Positions 60,240-64,000 of a stretch of DNA of 64,000 nt are shown here, one piece after another. Under the pieces are notes generated by a model. The model had not been told where the DNA came from. It made no database searches and saw only the letters and a list, made by a program, of their open reading frames with translations. Each line of letters starts with the position of its first letter. Positions within the stretch are counted from its first letter, which is position 1. The position numbers were made by a program, and so were the translations under genes. This DNA comes from a virus. The stretch spans positions 10,609 to 74,608 of IMG/VR virus record IMGVR_UViG_3300025759_000076, one strand, 5' to 3'.

Positions 60240-60304
60240 GTAATTTAGTGGATGAATGAGTGATTGTTAATTAGTTGAGAATATAAGTGCTCAGATCATT
60301 ACGA

Positions 60305-60469
60305 TTATTTTGCGAGGAAGGTTTTCATAGCTCCACACTTTTTGCATCGTAAAGTGTACTTAACAGCAGTTCCATTACACCAACCAAGATTAAAATTTGT
60401 TAGTGCCTGGTTAATAACTTTCCATTGATGGAAGCATCCAGAGAAAAGGAATTTAATTAGCCTAATCAT
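60305..60469 (-). CDS. 54-aa putative zinc-ribbon protein (CFH...CKKCG)
   Basis: Manual translation; TGATG coupling to the upstream ORF. Confidence 0.65.
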   Translation of the reverse strand: MIRLIKFLFSGCFHQWKVINQALTNFNLGWCNGTAVKYTLRCKKCGAMKTFLAK

Positions 60470-60738
60470 CAGTTGTCCTGTGTGTTTGTTGGGCGCATTG
60501 CTTTATTTAAGTCATCAAGAAAAGCTTCCGTGAGAAAATAAGTCTTGTAATAATCTTCTAATAAGTAATCATCAGTATTAGTTTTTAACCACTCAACCAC
60601 CTGCTCCAACTGCCAATCAGCAGCGGCTCGCATCTCGATGTAGTCGTGTTCCGATTCGAGAGGGAAGGTCACAAGTCCTTCGCAGATCTTGTCAGTCAGT
60701 GGGTGTTGGTTGGACATGTTTGTTTGAGTTGTATTCAT
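60469..60738 (-). CDS. Hypothetical protein (AAADWQLEQV motif)
   Basis: ORF track; directly downstream of repeat copy 2. Confidence 0.75.
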   Translation of the reverse strand: MNTTQTNMSNQHPLTDKICEGLVTFPLESEHDYIEMRAAADWQLEQVVEWLKTNTDDYLLEDYYKTYFLTEAFLDDLNKAMRPTNTQDN

Positions 60739-60739
60739 A

Positions 60740-60774
60740 CTATAGGGGTCAATTGGAGGTGAGTAACTTTAATA
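60740..60774 (-). repeat. Early-region ~35-bp element, copy 2
   Basis: ctataggggtcaattggaggtgagtaactttaata. Confidence 0.9.
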
Positions 60775-60819
60775 GGTTGTATTAAGTGTTAATTAGTTTT
60801 TATACTAAATAATACTGTT

Positions 60820-60936
60820 ATGTGTTCCGCGAGTTCACTTATCGGCGCTTAAGTTATTACCACTGAACTCTCCTGCGGGGTAAAGAGTCAGATACAACTA
60901 AGCACAACCGGTAAGTAACGCATAGGAGAGACACAT
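60820..60936 (+). ncRNA. Candidate rod-like structured small RNA (~117 nt)
   Basis: End-to-end nested complementarity found by eye; TAAATA at 60806-60811; no long ORF. Confidence 0.45.
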
Positions 60937-60979
60937 CAGCAGACAATAGTATACAAAAGGTTTTTGGAGAGATATGCCT

Positions 60980-61025
60980 TAACTCTATTTTTTAGTGCGT
61001 ATATATAACACATAAAAATAGAGTT
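60980..61025. terminator. 12-bp-stem hairpin, possible bidirectional terminator
   Basis: aactctattttt...aaaaatagagtt between the candidate RNA and the convergent ORF 61034-61153. Confidence 0.5.
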
Positions 61026-61033
61026 TGTGCGAA

Positions 61034-61153
61034 TCAAAGCACAGATTTACGTTGACGCTTAATCTGTGAGGGGAGCACGGTGACTGTTACTTTAGTGTGA
61101 CCATTTGCTTTGAGAGTGTCAATGGTCTGTAGCAGTTGCTGTGTAGAACTCAT
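61034..61153 (-). CDS. 39-aa hypothetical protein (MSSTQQLLQTIDTLKANG...KRQRKSVL)
   Basis: Manual translation. Confidence 0.55.
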   Translation of the reverse strand: MSSTQQLLQTIDTLKANGHTKVTVTVLPSQIKRQRKSVL

Positions 61154-61197
61154 AGTTGGAGTAAGTGTTACTTAAGAGGTGTTTGAGTAGTGTTTAC

Positions 61198-61398
61198 TTA
61201 ACCGTGAAAATCTAACTCCTCCCAATCCCATTGAACGCCGTCTGGTGAACACTCAGGCTGATTCATAGATTTACAATAATTAACTGCTGCTTCTTGAGTT
61301 GAGAAGATTTTAGCAGCACGATTGCCTCTCAAAATAATTGTTTCACGAATGCTATCAGGGTTAGTGAGGAAAGGAAAGGTGATAAAGGCTGAAGTCAT
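61198..61398 (-). CDS. Hypothetical protein
   Basis: ORF track; downstream of repeat copy 3. Confidence 0.65.
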   Translation of the reverse strand: MTSAFITFPFLTNPDSIRETIILRGNRAAKIFSTQEAAVNYCKSMNQPECSPDGVQWDWEELDFHG

Positions 61399-61418
61399 AA
61401 GTCGATTGTGTGGTTACA

Positions 61419-61453
61419 CTATAGGGGTCAATTGGAGGTGAGTAACTTTAATA
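61419..61453 (-). repeat. Early-region ~35-bp element, copy 3
   Basis: ctataggggtcaattggaggtgagtaactttaata. Confidence 0.9.
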
Positions 61454-61494
61454 GACTGTACTTTGAGGGTTTCAGAGTATTTTGGGGGAGGGGG

Positions 61495-61523
61495 TTGACA
61501 TTATGAGAAAGGCCTGATATGAT
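61495..61523 (+). promoter_or_regulatory. Sigma70-type promoter toward the GIY-YIG gene
   Basis: TTGACA-17 nt-TATGAT. Confidence 0.7.
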
Positions 61524-61662
61524 ACGATCTTACGTAACAACAACTGAAGGGCTTTATAGGCATTTCTACAAAACACTTAGCTTATATTTATTATACCATT
61601 TCTCAAAGGTTTCAATCAATATTCTATCACTAAATAACACCATTATATCAAAACAAAGTATA

Positions 61663-62451
61663 ATGGAGACTGGGCTAATCTATACCATCATTTGTAAGGC
61701 CAATAAGAAGCGATATATCGGACAAACTGTAAAGAATGTAGCGACACGTTGGAAAGAACATTTGAAAGAAAGTGTGAGGAATGAGAGTAACCGACCATTG
61801 TATAATGCGCTCAAAAAGTATGGTCAATCGATGTTCAATATTCGTATCTTAGAAGAGGATATTCCCGTTAGTAAGTTATCAGAACGTGAGGTCTATTGGA
61901 TACAACAATTCGACACATATAACAGTGGTTATAATGCAACAACTGGTGGTGAGAGGAGTTATACATTTAGAGAGGATGTGAAAGAAAAGATATCATCTTC
62001 TATGAGAGGATTACAACGTAGTGATGAGACAATCAAGAGGCATAAGTTAGCTCAAAAGAAAAGAGAAAATCACTTTAGCGTAAGGGGAGATGGTAAACAC
62101 CTTAGAGTAAAGATTAGGGCGACATTGTTATCAACTGGTGAAGTCTTTGACTATAACTCATTGACTGAATTCTGTAAAGAGACTAACATCGCAAATGGTA
62201 ATGTATCAAGGGCGATAAAACGTGGGCTCACATGTGGTGGATACAAAGTGGAGCGGATTAGCGACAATTTGAATAGAATTGGTTGTGTTGGTTATGATTG
62301 TCAAACTGGACGGATGTTGCATGAGTTTAGGTCAATGAGACAAGCTGGGTTAGTGTTAGGAGGTCAAGGAAAAGGCATATCTAAATCTATCAACAATCCA
62401 GGATTACGCTCTTATAAAGGTTGTTACTGGTATAGCTGTTGTTCTCTCTAA
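61663..62451 (+). CDS. Free-standing GIY-YIG (Seg-like) homing endonuclease with NUMOD-type DNA-binding repeats
   Basis: GLIYTI...RYIGQT, RWKEH, EREVYWI, GYNATTGG; start reassigned to METGLIY; opposite strand to neighbours. Confidence 0.9.
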   Translation: METGLIYTIICKANKKRYIGQTVKNVATRWKEHLKESVRNESNRPLYNALKKYGQSMFNIRILEEDIPVSKLSEREVYWIQQFDTYNSGYNATTGGERSYTFREDVKEKISSSMRGLQRSDETIKRHKLAQKKRENHFSVRGDGKHLRVKIRATLLSTGEVFDYNSLTEFCKETNIANGNVSRAIKRGLTCGGYKVERISDNLNRIGCVGYDCQTGRMLHEFRSMRQAGLVLGGQGKGISKSINNPGLRSYKGCYWYSCCSL

Positions 62452-62602
62452 TTGAAAGGATTACACTTGGTGCGTTGTATTGGTTCACCTAATTCGGCTT
62501 TGGATGGTGGACAATCATGAGGACGATATGCATAAATGATTGAACTTAACTGAGCTTGTAGTTTATCATCCATCCGTGTATTGCGTAGGTGATAGATGTC
62601 AT
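62448..62602 (-). pseudogene. Possible frameshifted small ORF (MTSITY / QYTDDDKLQAQLSS...KCNPFN)
   Basis: ATG frame stops after 10 codons, while a +1 frame stays open for 44 codons to the stop. Confidence 0.3.
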
Positions 62603-62605
62603 AAT

Positions 62606-62929
62606 TCATGAGAAGATATAACCATTAGTGAACTCTTTGGTGACATTGTTATCTTTTACATACCAGGTGCAATTCTTTTGAAAGACACCATCAGTTGTGG
62701 GTTCGCAGAACTCATTGATAATTGCATTCAATCTTGACTTAGTAGTTTTTGACTGATAACCACCATCAAAGATTTCAACATAATCATCACCTACAGTAGC
62801 GATCTTGTTACCATGAAGACGTACAATAGAAACATTATCTTCTTCATTGAATGATACTGATGTGTTTGCATTTGACCAGTTCTCAGAGTTGTGAACTGCG
62901 GAACACATTTGGGTTTCAATCTTTCTCAT
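62606..62929 (-). CDS. Conserved hypothetical phage protein
   Basis: MRKIETQM, LHGNKIA, TTKSRLNA motifs. Confidence 0.8.
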   Translation of the reverse strand: MRKIETQMCSAVHNSENWSNANTSVSFNEEDNVSIVRLHGNKIATVGDDYVEIFDGGYQSKTTKSRLNAIINEFCEPTTDGVFQKNCTWYVKDNNVTKEFTNGYIFS

Positions 62930-62966
62930 GATGGGTGATTGTGTGGGATGCCGTATGGCGGTTACA

Positions 62967-63001
62967 CTATAGGGGTCAATTGGAGGTGAGTAACTTTAAT
63001 A
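62967..63001 (-). repeat. Early-region ~35-bp element, copy 4
   Basis: ctataggggtcaattggaggtgagtaactttaata. Confidence 0.9.
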
Positions 63002-63016
63002 CCAGGGCCCTATGTG

Positions 63017-63184
63017 TTAAAAAGGGTTTGTCCATGCATGATGTTTAGCAGAACTAATTCTACCATCTTTAAGTAATCCATCACATACACGACAAAATAC
63101 TTCAAACTTTTCCAATCTTGTCATGTTAGGATCAATGTCTCTTGCAACTTCACCAACGATTTTTAAAACTTGTCCTTTGAGCAT
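63017..63184 (-). CDS. 55-aa hypothetical protein (MLKGQVLKIVGE...DGLLKDGRIS..HHAWTNPF)
   Basis: Manual translation. Confidence 0.75.
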   Translation of the reverse strand: MLKGQVLKIVGEVARDIDPNMTRLEKFEVFCRVCDGLLKDGRISSAKHHAWTNPF

Positions 63185-63219
63185 GATTGTTACTTAGTGA
63201 GTGAGTGAGTGAGTGTTAC

Positions 63220-63417
63220 TTATGAATTCATATCAGTCCAAGTTTCTTCGCCATAGCAATCGATAATCTCTTCTTTTAAATCTTCCATATCATAATCTTT
63301 GATATTCTGCTCAATACTTTCAACAGCAAGTGTAATCAAAGATTTCATATCCATTCCCTCTACAATCATCTGTGCATAATCACTCTTGAGTTGATCGATT
63401 TGATTGATAGTCATCAT
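63220..63417 (-). CDS. Hypothetical acidic protein
   Basis: ORF track. Confidence 0.7.
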   Translation of the reverse strand: MMTINQIDQLKSDYAQMIVEGMDMKSLITLAVESIEQNIKDYDMEDLKEEIIDCYGEETWTDMNS

Positions 63418-63490
63418 TTTAAAAAAGTGTTAGTTAGTGAGGTGATTGTCTGGGACTTACCGATGCAACGCTAACGTGCCCAGGTGTTAA

Positions 63491-63736
63491 TTAAGCGACC
63501 AATTCTTTCATCATTTCATTTACTTCTAATCCGTTTATCTTAACATCATCCCACTTACATCCGTCTGGTGTTTCTTTACTTCCGGCATCGTGAATCATAC
63601 TTACCAGATGTCCATAAGTTCCACCATCCCTTGCAACATCACAGGCAAGTTCATACAAACCAGGATCATTTGCAATCCAGAGAGTAACATTCCAGGTCTC
63701 CCAAGTGCTCCATCCATTGTAAGTTTCAGTAGCCAT
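63491..63736 (-). CDS. Conserved hypothetical protein (YNGWSTWETWNV.LW motif)
   Basis: ORF track; recognisable phage motif. Confidence 0.8.
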   Translation of the reverse strand: MATETYNGWSTWETWNVTLWIANDPGLYELACDVARDGGTYGHLVSMIHDAGSKETPDGCKWDDVKINGLEVNEMMKELVA

Positions 63737-63838
63737 GATTAAAAGAAGAAAAAAGATTTAGTGGTGATGAGTTCAGTGAAACAAACTCTCTGAAGCAATC
63801 TTAAAGAGAATAGAGAGTGAGAAGACTGAACCCTTACA

Positions 63839-63873
63839 CCTATGTGGTCAATTGGAGGTGAGTAACTTTAATA
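63839..63873 (-). repeat. Early-region ~35-bp element, copy 5
   Basis: cctatgtggtcaattggaggtgagtaactttaata. Confidence 0.9.
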
Positions 63874-64000
63874 CCATTGATTGGTTTGTATCAAATAACT
63901 ACGAATCTCATTATATGCAAACCTCTGTATCTTAACATCAGTTGCATTATCTAATACCTCATACATTCTCTGAATATATTCACTCTTCGTTGTCACTGGT
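63868..64000 (-). CDS. 3' end of a hypothetical protein (...SEYIQRMYEVLD...QTNQWY)
   Basis: Open frame from the window edge; its TAA lies inside repeat copy 5. Confidence 0.6.
   Translation of the reverse strand, partial: PVTTKSEYIQRMYEVLDNATDVKIQRFAYNEIRSYLIQTNQWY

Noticed and set aside
60820-60936. tRNA, SRP RNA or hammerhead ribozyme identity for the structured RNA
   Set aside because: No cloverleaf or TTCRA loop, no SRP helix-8 GNRA/AGCA motif, no CUGANGA/GAAA core
59801-63873. CRISPR array from the ~35-bp repeats
   Set aside because: Intervals are 0.6-1.5 kb and contain genes; no cas genes

Overview
64 kb of a T4-like marine or freshwater myovirus, most consistent with a T4-like cyanophage (Kyanoviridae type). 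This is inferred from gene content, gene order and the cobS/cobT pair; no host-identifying photosynthesis gene lies in the window. Almost all genes are on the minus strand. Reading in transcription order (right to left): (1) an early hyperplastic region of small ORFs (about 59.3-64 kb) punctuated by five copies of a ~35-bp element, with a pentapeptide-repeat gene and a + strand GIY-YIG endonuclease; (2) a structured non-coding boundary region, an HNH endonuclease and a glycosyltransferase; (3) the late structural module gp25-gp6-gp7-gp8-large virion protein-gp13-gp14-gp15-gp16-(accessory virion genes)-gp17-gp18-gp19-gp20-gp21-gp22-gp23-gp3; (4) uvsY, uvsW, gp55, gp47, gp46, cobT-like and cobS. 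The clearest oddity is that the terminase large subunit is split into two genes carrying an atypically split intein (28-aa IntN, 103-aa IntC). This is a known class, so the most novel candidates are non-coding: a ~117-nt rod-like RNA behind a late promoter, antisense within the early region, and a promoter-driven structured leader with A-tracts that resembles an origin or RNA switch. Also notable are a head-to-head fusion of two tail-fibre gene fragments, a probable protease-processed capsid-internal polyprotein and an exact 71-bp duplication beside the HNH gene. All family assignments come from motif recognition and synteny, and all RNA folds were made by eye; no searches were run.
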